A stretch of DNA of 46,850 bases. It comes from Candidatus Micrarchaeota archaeon (lineage in GTDB: Archaea > Micrarchaeota > Micrarchaeia > Norongarragalinales > Norongarragalinaceae). Position 1 is the first letter of the stretch, and each line of letters starts with the position of its first letter. Location: contig JBBIMI010000004.1 in the NCBI GenBank assembly GCA_037444485.1, forward strand, positions 1-46,850, in the 5' to 3' direction. The notes under the pieces are model-generated. The model was given only the letters and a program-made list of their open reading frames with translations, was not told the DNA's origin and ran no database searches. Below, piece after piece: positions 1 to 8,147 of the stretch. The position numbers were made by a program, and so were the translations under genes.

Positions 1-1
1 G

Positions 2-130
2 CACATTCACGAACGTGAAGGCGAACGGCAAGCGTTGACGACGAAAGTAGTCAAGCTCGCGCCCCTCGAACACGGCAAAGCAGTCGCGCTAGAACTCGAA
101 ACGCTGGCGGCGAGATTCCTGCAAGCCTAG
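2..130 (+). CDS. 3' end of a hypothetical protein entering from the left edge
   Basis: Manual translation of frame 2 is open from the edge: HIHEREGERQALTTKVVKLAPLEHGKAVALELETLAARFLQA, then TAG at 128-130; codon style matches neighbouring genes. Confidence 0.5.
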   Translation, partial: HIHEREGERQALTTKVVKLAPLEHGKAVALELETLAARFLQA

Positions 131-187
131 AAAATTAGTTATCTAGTATTACGTTCGATGTAGTTTGCTATTTTAATGAGCCCCCCG

Positions 188-997
188 CTAACTCATCCTA
201 ATAACCTGACAATCTATAAAAAGTTCGCCATCTTTACGCGCGCACTTAACAACTCGGTCAACATTATCGCTGCATATAAATATAATTTTGTCGCTAAGGA
301 TTTTATGACACTTTGTCAGGTAAATACGGGAATCGGGGTAGTGCTTACAAATTAATAATTGGTTATCTATAAAAACACAGCGATTCAAAGTTGCAGTAGT
401 TTGAGGCGCAGATTTAATCGTTGTTTCTTCTAACTTTTGCGCTTGCGTGCTAGCGCTAGAAGTTGCAGTAGTTTGAGACGCAGATTTAATTATTGTTTCT
501 TCTAACTTTTGCGCTTGCGTGCTAGCGCTAGAAATTTGGGTAGAAATACTTTCAAGAGGCTGCGTAGTAAACTGTTGGTTGAAGAATTGAGGATAAAAAC
601 ACTTGTTTAGTTTGTTGCCATTCATCGACTGGCATTCTATTATTTCATTACTGTTACACTGGAATATAGCAGGACTTCCAATTTGATTACAATCATAAAA
701 TTTTGTTTGATCGCAAGAAATAGTTTTGTCCGAGAGTATACAGTCGGGTAATATAGTCTCCACTGCTCCGGCGTATGTAGGTGTGTTATCGCCTCCACCA
801 GCGCCAGGCGTCTGTTCTGTCTTCTTTTCCTCGCCGCACCCATCTACGCCTTTCCTGCAGCAAACGTAATCGCTTTTCTGCGCGTTCCAGTTGCAGCGGT
901 TGTAAGTGTTGGCGCCTGAAATGTCGCACATTGTCGGCAAGAACGATTTTTGGTTGTAGTAATCTCTTATCAGCACGCAAGACGTTGCTCTAGAAAG
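188..997 (-). CDS. Cys-rich, Thr/Ser/Gln-linker protein; probably the frameshifted C-terminal continuation of the giant surface protein (alternative independent start ATG at 931)
   Basis: Open frame overlaps the end of 970-6675 on the same strand. The first ~49 codons of the tracked ORF look like shadow sequence. It has no signal peptide of its own, many Cys and a 24-aa duplicated linker. Confidence 0.6.
   Translation of the reverse strand, partial: LSRATSCVLIRDYYNQKSFLPTMCDISGANTYNRCNWNAQKSDYVCCRKGVDGCGEEKKTEQTPGAGGGDNTPTYAGAVETILPDCILSDKTISCDQTKFYDCNQIGSPAIFQCNSNEIIECQSMNGNKLNKCFYPQFFNQQFTTQPLESISTQISSASTQAQKLEETIIKSASQTTATSSASTQAQKLEETTIKSAPQTTATLNRCVFIDNQLLICKHYPDSRIYLTKCHKILSDKIIFICSDNVDRVVKCARKDGELFIDCQVIRMS
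389..532. repeat. 72-bp in-frame tandem duplication (2 copies)
   Basis: Units 389-460 and 461-532 are nearly identical and encode SSASTQAQKLEET(I/T)IKSA(S/P)QTTAT. Confidence 0.95.
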
Positions 998-3900
998 AAA
1001 GTTCCTGGGTCGCACTGCGACTGCGTGCCACCGAGGTAGTAGGAAAGACAGCCGGTCACGCCTTCCAGCGAGCCAGGAATTCCTTTCGAGCTTTGCTGCC
1101 TTCCAAACCAAACTAGCGTGCCTTCCAAGTTTTTCGTCTTCCAACCGTCCGCGCTCTTGTCTATCAAGTCCCGCGAGTCGAAAGTTGGGTGGAAAGACTT
1201 TACGAACACCGCGTCACCCTCCGGAAGCTCAGGCATCTTAACCTGTTCCGACAGTTCCTGAGAATTGCTTTGTGTGCCGCTTTCGGTTTGCGTTTTGATT
1301 TGCGAGCTCCACGCTTGCTTCTTGAAGGGAACGTTAATCCACAATTTCAGTGGAACCACGAAAGTCGGCTTGTAGTAAGTGCCGCGTTGCGTGTACAACG
1401 CGCCGGTAACGCGGTTTTGCAGCCACGGCCAAAAAGTTCCAGGCGGCAATCCTTGACCTAACGCGAAGTTGATTAACTGCGAATTGCAGGCAGTGTAAGT
1501 GAAAGCGTCTCCGAACGCTTCAGCGAATCCCCGCGAGCGAACGTCTCCGTACAACGGGTCGTAACCAGAATACAATCCAGGGTTAGTCAACCTCTGCGTG
1601 CAAGCGTTCCGCAAGTCAGTCAACGGGTCTGTCCCGAAAATCTTGCATAACGGGTAAATCGCGAGTTGAGCCATGAAGTCGGCTTTAGCCAAGTCGAAAG
1701 CTTGGTTGAACGCGTTAAGCGTTCCGTCAATCACGTTTCCATCGTAAACTGTTTCCAACTGGCTTGCCAACGCAACGAAAATTTTGTTTACGTCTTGTTG
1801 CACATTGTCCAAAGACATTTTAACGTCGCTCGCGGAACAACAAACGTCGCCACTACACTTGAGCGGCTCGTAATTTTGAATCAAATCTTTTAAAGTCACG
1901 CTCTCCAGCTGCATGCCAGATTCTTTAACTTCAACTTTGATTTTTATGGAGTCTGGGTCTTTGTTGAAACGCGTTATCATGAAACCATTGCTTTTCACAA
2001 CGCCTTCATTGCTCCCCTCCATCATCGAGTCTGACGGGGTTAAAACCACGTTTTTGCCTGCTTGAATGTTGTTCGCAAAAATAGCGTTGTAGTAAAGCTC
2101 GCTTCCGTCATTATTGTATTCCGTGAATGGAGTGAATAAGAAAGCGTACCTGCCAATCAAGTCAGCGCTCTCGCCTGCGTACGGTTCGATAATCAAGTTT
2201 ACAGTTACGCAGTCTATATTGCGGCCGCCGAACTGTAGGGTTTGACAAACTTTGAAGGACGCAGTGTTCTTTCCCTGCTTTGGCTCGACACTCCAGATTT
2301 TTTTGTCAGCATCATACTTGAAAGTAACGCAGTCATGCGTTGGTTTGAATACGAGCATCCAAGTGTTTACGCGCGTAATCGCGCCAACGCCTGGAGTAAT
2401 CCAATCACCTGAAGCAATGTTTTGAAGAAGCGTGTGCGTCGGGTCAACGTTCTTAAAACCGAAGCACCCGCTGCCACCTATGTTAGACGTGTCCTTAAAC
2501 AAAGCTTGCACAGTCGTGACTCCACCCAAATCGTTCCAAACACTGAACGCTAAAGCGTTCGTTGGAATGATTGGGTTGATGTAACGCGTGCAAGTTATTT
2601 CCTTGTTGCCGTTAAGAGTGCAAGGCAAATTGCCGTTAGAGTCGTACTCGCTGTAAACGAATATTCCTTGCACTGTTGCAGAAATCTTGGTTCCAGCACT
2701 CACACCCACTTTCGCAGCCTCGATGGTTGGATTAAGCAAGTAATTACCGTAATACTGGCCCAAACGGTTTGCGAGAATGTCTTTAAAGTTGAAGCGCGGC
2801 GTTAGACAGTCTGGAGGCACCTTGTATTTCACGCACTTGTCGAAAGCGCGTTGACGGAATTGGTTGAAAGTACCGCCGTAAGGATAACCGTACTCTGGGT
2901 AAGGATTAGTGTAGCCTGGAGGAACGTAGTAAACCCAGTTGTTTAAACCACCGTAAGGCACTCCAGGCAAGCCAGGCAATTGACTCAAGTAATTCGGCAT
3001 GCAAGTCTTGTTCTGCAACAACAACAAGCACTGCGCTTCATCGCAAGCCCCGCAATTCTCTGGCCCGCAGCCAGGCGTTGGGGAAGGCGAAGGCGACGGT
3101 TTAGCAACGCATTCCTTGAAAACTGAAGCGTTGCCGGGAATCGTCACGTAACGCGGTTCACAGTACTGCGACAACGCGAGGCATTCTTGCTCGTTGCAAG
3201 CAGGACAATTCGCTGAATTGCACGCGCTTGGAGTAACGTTTGCTGTTGGAGTTGGGCTCGGCTCTAACGCTTTACAGTTTACGTTAATCCAAGCAGTCTG
3301 CGAATCAGCTGCGCCGCTGGACTCGAGCACAGAGTTGAACGTCAAGTAACAAACGCCGTTCCGCAAAGGCGTGAGAACGAGTTGCGTTGCCTTGCCTTTC
3401 TTTACAGTGAAACCAGTTTGCGTCACTCCACCGCCGGAGACAGTAACGCACGGGCTGCCGCTGAAACTCATCGTCACCGGCACGTCGACGTTCAAGCGAG
3501 TTGAAACGTCTACGCGTTGGTCGTCGCACGACAACTGCAGCGCGCTCACGTCTGGATTGAATTCCAGGAAATCGCGCGCGCTTACAACCACTCTCGCGCT
3601 TGCTTTCTTGAAGCCTGTTCGTTCAGCAACAGCATCGATTACGCCAATAGAGCCAGGCTGCAAGTCTTTGAAAACGTAGACGCCGTCCTCGCCGTTGCCC
3701 GTAGTGCCGTCGCCTTGAATGTCGTAAACGCCGTTCGGCGAGCCATCGAACGGAAAACCTTCAACTTCTTTTAACGAGACGCGCGCGTCAGTAACAGGAG
3801 CTCCATTGTCTTTCCTTGTAACGAAAACTTTAAGCGTGTTGCGTTCATTAGAGTAAATAGTGGCAGGCTGCGTTACTACAGTAAGCGCTCCAGTGCCTTG

Positions 3901-6675
3901 AATTATTATGAAGCGTTCCGCGCTTACTAGCTCGCCGCTTTCGCCACCGAACTCGAACTTGAGTGCAGCGTACTGTGAAGGCAGGTTCGCGAGTGCAGTA
4001 ATGCTGCCGCTCACGCTGTTTTCAGCGTCTAACGCGACTTGCGTGTTGATTTCAGTGCCTCCGCGCGCGTCGCCGCTCGCGCCGCCGAAAACGTATTTTC
4101 CTAACGCGACTGCCGAGTCTACAGAAACCTTAATGTAGGGCGCGGTGACTGCGTCGAACGCGCGAGCATTAACGTTTATCGCGAATCCGTTGCCGAGGTT
4201 TACAGTCAAACCGTTGCCTACAGTCTGGTTGCCTGCAACGAACGTAATCGTCAAGCAAGCTGATTCGCTGCAAGTCGATTGGCCTGCGTTTATCGAATAC
4301 TCTTTCTCGTAACTGTCAGCGTAACACTCGTCCTTGTTTGGAGTGCGTTGACTGTAATTCAATTCAGCGTCGACAGGCTTACGCACCCACGCGCCGTTCG
4401 CGTTCGAGTAAGCGCGGTAAAAGAATTTTATGGTGCTTCCAGACTCTGCAGTCGGGCGGACGAATGCTTTCGCGGCAATCGTGTGAACACCGAATTCTGT
4501 TCCAGGAAAAGCGTAGTCAACCCACTTTGTTTCAGTGTCTTGATTCGCTTCATCGCTCGCGCAATCAGGTCCCGGAGAATAAGTTTGCCCGAAGCGTATT
4601 CCCGCATTCGCTGGCTTTTCAAAGAACGAGAAGAAAGCAGGGTCTTCTGCAACGCTTTGCGATTCGCCTACGCGTTGGAAAACGCCGTTCTCGTTAACTC
4701 CGCTCGGGAAATTCACTGTAAACAATGTTTTGTAATGCCTTCCGCGGTCAAGTGAAGTCAAGTTGCCGGAAGCGTTTACTTGGTCGACTGTTGAAGGCGT
4801 CAAGCGGTAGTCGAGAACGCGCAGTTCGCTCGACAACTCTGTTGGAAGCATCAACACGTCTTTCTGCACTATGGAATCCGGCAGGAGCGTAATTAATTCG
4901 CTCGTCGTCTGCACGTAGCCGGTCGCTTCCGCTTTAATGATAAATCGCTTGTTTGCCTTGGCGATGAAATCGCAAGTTGGAGTGTTTGCGTTAGTGCAAG
5001 AAGCGAGAGGGGTTGAAGGCGAGCTCTCGAGAAAAGCGGTTACAGTCGCGACTATCGAAGAATTTGTGGTAACGTCAATCGGCTTTACGCGCAAAATAGC
5101 GACCGGAGGCTCCAAGCGGATTGGAATAGTCAGCGTTTCCTGAATCGTCGGCGTGAAAGCGTCGCTCACGCCCTTCAGCGTTCCGCGCACTGCGTAGAAA
5201 CGCAGTTGGGTTTCAAGCGGCAGTCCAGAAAAAAGCGTTGAACCGTCTGCGCCCGTGTCCTGCGGAGGTATTCCAGTATAAAAACCGTCGCTGTAATAAG
5301 CTTGAACGCTAGCGAACTCGACTGGTTTCCCGTCGTCGTCTGAAACAATTGCCTTCGCTTCACCTGAATTGCCTGGAACAAGAGCGGCTAAAGTGATTGT
5401 CTTAAAATCTCCTGGCGCGAGGTCTCGCTCGATTGCAGGCAGGAAATCGGTTTTGTAAACAGTCGCGTAAACGCTTGCGTCGTTAGCAACTTGAAAACTC
5501 GTTTCGCCGGACGCGTTAGTGGTTTGGGAAAGCAAAACGCGCCGCGGGTTGCTTGAAAGCAAGAGCGTTACTGTCGCGCCTTCCACTACAGCGTTCTTCT
5601 CGTCAACAACCTTGACTTTAATTAACGACGTTGTTTCAGTCACGTCACTCTGTTTTTCTAGAGTCACGCGGAATTCGATCGTTCCTTCCGCGACTGCTTG
5701 AACGTCGTTCACCGCACCGCCATTATACGAAGCAAAGTGTTGCGAATCTTCGGGTTCTACTAGAACGTACACTTGAGTTCCGACTACTGCAACATCTTGA
5801 AAAAACGCTGGACTTGATTCAGTCGAGTGCCCCGCAGCGATTTCATTCACTGAATTAGCGTCGTAAACCGTGACTTTCGCCGGAACCCAGTTTCCGTCAG
5901 CGTCTTTCACGTAAACAACTATGCTGCCTTTTTTTTCTTGCGTTCCTCCATCCTCGGGAGGAACCTCGCTTTCTGGAGTCAATTTGATAATGCACTCGGG
6001 TTGCGACGCAAAGCAAGTCTGCGTTTTCGCGGTGAAGCCTTCGCGCGAGACTTTAACGCGGAAAATGTCTTCCTCGCTCGCAAAACTCAACTCTACAATC
6101 CCGTCAGCGTTAGTAGTCGCTTGCTGCACCACGCCGGACGCTGGGTCGAGATAACTCAACACCGCGTCGCCAAGCGCGTTACCATCAGGGTTCGTGACGA
6201 GCACGCGCAGCTTCCGCGCTTCTGGTGTTGGCGTGAGTTCCGCGCTAAACGCCGCAGTGCTCGTAGACTCTATTTGCTTGAGAAACACTTCATACCCAGC
6301 TTGTTCGATTCGCAGCATCGCGCGCTTGCCTGCAGGAATGCCTTTAAATTCAGCCAAGCCGTTCTCGTCAGTCTTCGCGAAAAACGGTTGGTCGACTCCC
6401 TCGACTAACAGTCGAACGCGCACGTCAGGCAGTGGAACGCCTTCACTTGACACGCTCACGCGCACCGACACCGCCTGCGGTCCTAAAGAAAGCGAAGAAA
6501 CCAGGAAAAACACTCCAGCGAGAATAAATGCTGTCAACAAAACAAAAACCGGGAAAGAAGGAACTCCGCGCGACTCGATTGGATTCACGAAAAACTCGTA
6601 AACCTTGAAGCCTTTCGCTTCAAACCAATCCATTAAATTATAATACTTTTCTTCGAGCGACGCGTAAATCCCCAT
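970..6675 (-). CDS. Giant membrane-anchored surface protein (~1900 aa) with repeated carboxypeptidase-regulatory-like/Ig-like beta-sandwich domains
   Basis: N-terminal YASLEEKYY...NPIESRGVPSFPVF segment, one TM helix, repeats of VxVxDxxGxPVxxAxV...TxxxG, Cys modules. ATG at 6675 lies 24 nt below a TATA-like box. Confidence 0.85.
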   Translation of the reverse strand: MGIYASLEEKYYNLMDWFEAKGFKVYEFFVNPIESRGVPSFPVFVLLTAFILAGVFFLVSSLSLGPQAVSVRVSVSSEGVPLPDVRVRLLVEGVDQPFFAKTDENGLAEFKGIPAGKRAMLRIEQAGYEVFLKQIESTSTAAFSAELTPTPEARKLRVLVTNPDGNALGDAVLSYLDPASGVVQQATTNADGIVELSFASEEDIFRVKVSREGFTAKTQTCFASQPECIIKLTPESEVPPEDGGTQEKKGSIVVYVKDADGNWVPAKVTVYDANSVNEIAAGHSTESSPAFFQDVAVVGTQVYVLVEPEDSQHFASYNGGAVNDVQAVAEGTIEFRVTLEKQSDVTETTSLIKVKVVDEKNAVVEGATVTLLLSSNPRRVLLSQTTNASGETSFQVANDASVYATVYKTDFLPAIERDLAPGDFKTITLAALVPGNSGEAKAIVSDDDGKPVEFASVQAYYSDGFYTGIPPQDTGADGSTLFSGLPLETQLRFYAVRGTLKGVSDAFTPTIQETLTIPIRLEPPVAILRVKPIDVTTNSSIVATVTAFLESSPSTPLASCTNANTPTCDFIAKANKRFIIKAEATGYVQTTSELITLLPDSIVQKDVLMLPTELSSELRVLDYRLTPSTVDQVNASGNLTSLDRGRHYKTLFTVNFPSGVNENGVFQRVGESQSVAEDPAFFSFFEKPANAGIRFGQTYSPGPDCASDEANQDTETKWVDYAFPGTEFGVHTIAAKAFVRPTAESGSTIKFFYRAYSNANGAWVRKPVDAELNYSQRTPNKDECYADSYEKEYSINAGQSTCSESACLTITFVAGNQTVGNGLTVNLGNGFAINVNARAFDAVTAPYIKVSVDSAVALGKYVFGGASGDARGGTEINTQVALDAENSVSGSITALANLPSQYAALKFEFGGESGELVSAERFIIIQGTGALTVVTQPATIYSNERNTLKVFVTRKDNGAPVTDARVSLKEVEGFPFDGSPNGVYDIQGDGTTGNGEDGVYVFKDLQPGSIGVIDAVAERTGFKKASARVVVSARDFLEFNPDVSALQLSCDDQRVDVSTRLNVDVPVTMSFSGSPCVTVSGGGVTQTGFTVKKGKATQLVLTPLRNGVCYLTFNSVLESSGAADSQTAWINVNCKALEPSPTPTANVTPSACNSANCPACNEQECLALSQYCEPRYVTIPGNASVFKECVAKPSPSPSPTPGCGPENCGACDEAQCLLLLQNKTCMPNYLSQLPGLPGVPYGGLNNWVYYVPPGYTNPYPEYGYPYGGTFNQFRQRAFDKCVKYKVPPDCLTPRFNFKDILANRLGQYYGNYLLNPTIEAAKVGVSAGTKISATVQGIFVYSEYDSNGNLPCTLNGNKEITCTRYINPIIPTNALAFSVWNDLGGVTTVQALFKDTSNIGGSGCFGFKNVDPTHTLLQNIASGDWITPGVGAITRVNTWMLVFKPTHDCVTFKYDADKKIWSVEPKQGKNTASFKVCQTLQFGGRNIDCVTVNLIIEPYAGESADLIGRYAFLFTPFTEYNNDGSELYYNAIFANNIQAGKNVVLTPSDSMMEGSNEGVVKSNGFMITRFNKDPDSIKIKVEVKESGMQLESVTLKDLIQNYEPLKCSGDVCCSASDVKMSLDNVQQDVNKIFVALASQLETVYDGNVIDGTLNAFNQAFDLAKADFMAQLAIYPLCKIFGTDPLTDLRNACTQRLTNPGLYSGYDPLYGDVRSRGFAEAFGDAFTYTACNSQLINFALGQGLPPGTFWPWLQNRVTGALYTQRGTYYKPTFVVPLKLWINVPFKKQAWSSQIKTQTESGTQSNSQELSEQVKMPELPEGDAVFVKSFHPTFDSRDLIDKSADGWKTKNLEGTLVWFGRQQSSKGIPGSLEGVTGCLSYYLGGTQSQCDPGTFFLEQRLAC

Positions 6676-6698
6676 GAACAAAAAATATGTGTGACAAG

Positions 6699-6706
6699 TA
6701 TTTAAA
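6699..6706 (-). promoter_or_regulatory. TATA-box-like element (TTTAAATA) for the giant surface protein gene, probably leaderless
   Basis: Reverse complement of tatttaaa, at archaeal TATA spacing from ATG 6675. Confidence 0.5.
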
Positions 6707-6740
6707 ATGCTTGTTTTTTGTAAACGCTTTCAAGCGCTTT

Positions 6741-6920
6741 ACACCACCAACAACTCTCCCAAAAACGCTTTAAAATTTGAGACCACTAACAACTCTCCCA
6801 AAAAAAACGCTTTACAAACGCTTTACTTTTACTTTAACTTTACTTTTAAATTACACCACAAACAATTCCCACAACAACAATTACACCACAAACAATTCCC
6901 ACAACAACAACAATTCCCCA
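6741..6920. repeat. C/A-rich intergenic repeats including a perfect 30-bp tandem pair
   Basis: ttacaccacaaacaattcccacaacaacaa at 6851-6880 and 6881-6910; ccac(c/t)aacaactctcccaaaaa occurs twice upstream. Confidence 0.9.
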
Positions 6921-7024
6921 AAAAAAACCGCTTTAAAAAAAACGCCTTTAAAACAAAGTAAAAAAGAAAGAAAAAAATAGTGGAAGCGAGCGGATGCACG
7001 CGAATTCCAGTAAATCAAAAGCTT

Positions 7025-7071
7025 TTTAAATAGTCATGACGTTGTCATGATTGTTTCGCGACGTTGTCGCG
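7025..7071 (+). promoter_or_regulatory. TATA-like box followed by two palindromic operator-like sites
   Basis: TTTAAATA at 7025-7032 after a purine-rich BRE-like run; TCATGAC-GTT-GTCATGA at 7034-7050 and CGCGAC-GTT-GTCGCG at 7057-7071. Confidence 0.5.
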
Positions 7072-7282
7072 TTAACGTCACGCTACAGTCGCGCCATAGT
7101 CGCGCCATATTAGTCGCGTTTGATTAGTTGCGTTTGACTGCGTTCGTAGCGCTTGACTGCGCGTTGAAGGCGCGTTGATGCAGCCAGACCGCGTGGCCGC
7201 GTTGCGCGCGTCGTCGCTGTGTTGCCGTCGCAGTCCAGGTGTCGCGGCGCTGGCTCGTGGTTTTTGAAGGGGGTTAAAGCAG

Positions 7283-7807
7283 TTGGGTGAAAAAAATTTC
7301 GTTGCGCGTCCACCGGAGTCAAATAAAAGCGAGTCCGAATTTGCTGGCATAGCTAGAGAGCTCGCGTCAAGCGAGTTCGCGAGCGTCGCAATGGACTTCA
7401 AAAAGCTTTCAGAGAGAATTCGCGATCCAATAGTCGTTGGAGCACTATTGTGGAGGTTGAGTGAAGAAAAAGCTTCAAGCAACCTGATGCTTAAAGAAAT
7501 CAGGGAAAAACTCGAAAAGCTGGACGAGCTTGAAGCCAGACTAAAGCGCGTTGAACAAACGCTTCAGGCGGCAAACGCGCACGCGAATCCGCAGCGCGAA
7601 AGCGCGGAGGAAGTGTTGTTGCCTGAAGTTGACGAGCAAATAATGTCGTTAGTGAAAACACAGAAACGCGTTACAGCAAGCGACGTGCAGAAAAAACTCG
7701 ATTACAAGGGAACGAACGCGGCCTCCGCGAGGTTGAACAACTTGTTCAAACAAGGACTATTGGACAAGAAGCAAGTAGGCAGGAAAGTGTTTTTTGTAAT
7801 AAAGTGA
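7283..7807 (+). CDS. Coiled-coil plus C-terminal winged helix-turn-helix protein (putative transcription regulator)
   Basis: GGGGG RBS 9 nt before TTG; heptad-rich middle; C-terminal VTASDVQKKLDYKGTNAASARLNNLFKQGLLDKKQVGRKVFF is a wHTH pattern. Confidence 0.75.
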   Translation: MGEKNFVARPPESNKSESEFAGIARELASSEFASVAMDFKKLSERIRDPIVVGALLWRLSEEKASSNLMLKEIREKLEKLDELEARLKRVEQTLQAANAHANPQRESAEEVLLPEVDEQIMSLVKTQKRVTASDVQKKLDYKGTNAASARLNNLFKQGLLDKKQVGRKVFFVIK

Positions 7808-7949
7808 GATTTTGTAATATAGAGATTTTGTAATATAAGTTGGGTGAATGGAAGACAAGAAAAAAAATTGCGCTTGAATTCGAGTGCCTGAATGAATGTC
7901 TTTCATGACGCGAGGGGCGCTTGATTCAACACACCTTCACAAAACCCTT

Positions 7950-7992
7950 GGGCCGGGAGTGCTTTTAAACCCCCACCGAAGCAACCCGGTCC
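7950..7992 (+). other. Isolated GC-rich hairpin between convergent genes
   Basis: GGGCCGGG/CCCGGTCC stem (8 bp, one G-U) plus TGCTT/AAGCA inner stem and a 14-nt loop. Confidence 0.55.
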
Positions 7993-8147
7993 AACCTTAT
8001 TCTACATTATTCTACGCTTTGACATTATTCTACGCTTTGCGGCATCCACGCTTTACGGCAAGCGAGCCTTCAGCCCGCCTGCATCAAAAAACAAAGAAAA
8101 AAAATAAAAGAAAAAAAAAGAGGAAAGAGAGAAAAAGGAAAAAGTGT

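Noticed and set aside
967-972. Selenocysteine or stop readthrough at the giant ORF's TGA
   Set aside because: TGA is immediately followed by TAA in frame.
6707-6980. Tracked ORFs at 6707, 6777, 7896, 15411, 28694, 40831, 40881, 45466 and 45501
   Set aside because: Translations of low-complexity intergenic repeats or the tRNA intron; biased K/N/Q or F/L composition and no RBS.
7848-7877. Mini-ORF MEDKKKNCA behind GGGTGA, with an A8 run
   Set aside because: No frame correction yields more than ~20 codons or a recognisable product.
7940-8085. RNase P or SRP RNA (AAACCCCCACCGAAGCAA resembles an RNase P segment)
   Set aside because: No GAGGAAAGUCC-type P4 5' strand, no CR-V and no SRP helix-8 motif nearby; kept only as an unexplained hairpin.
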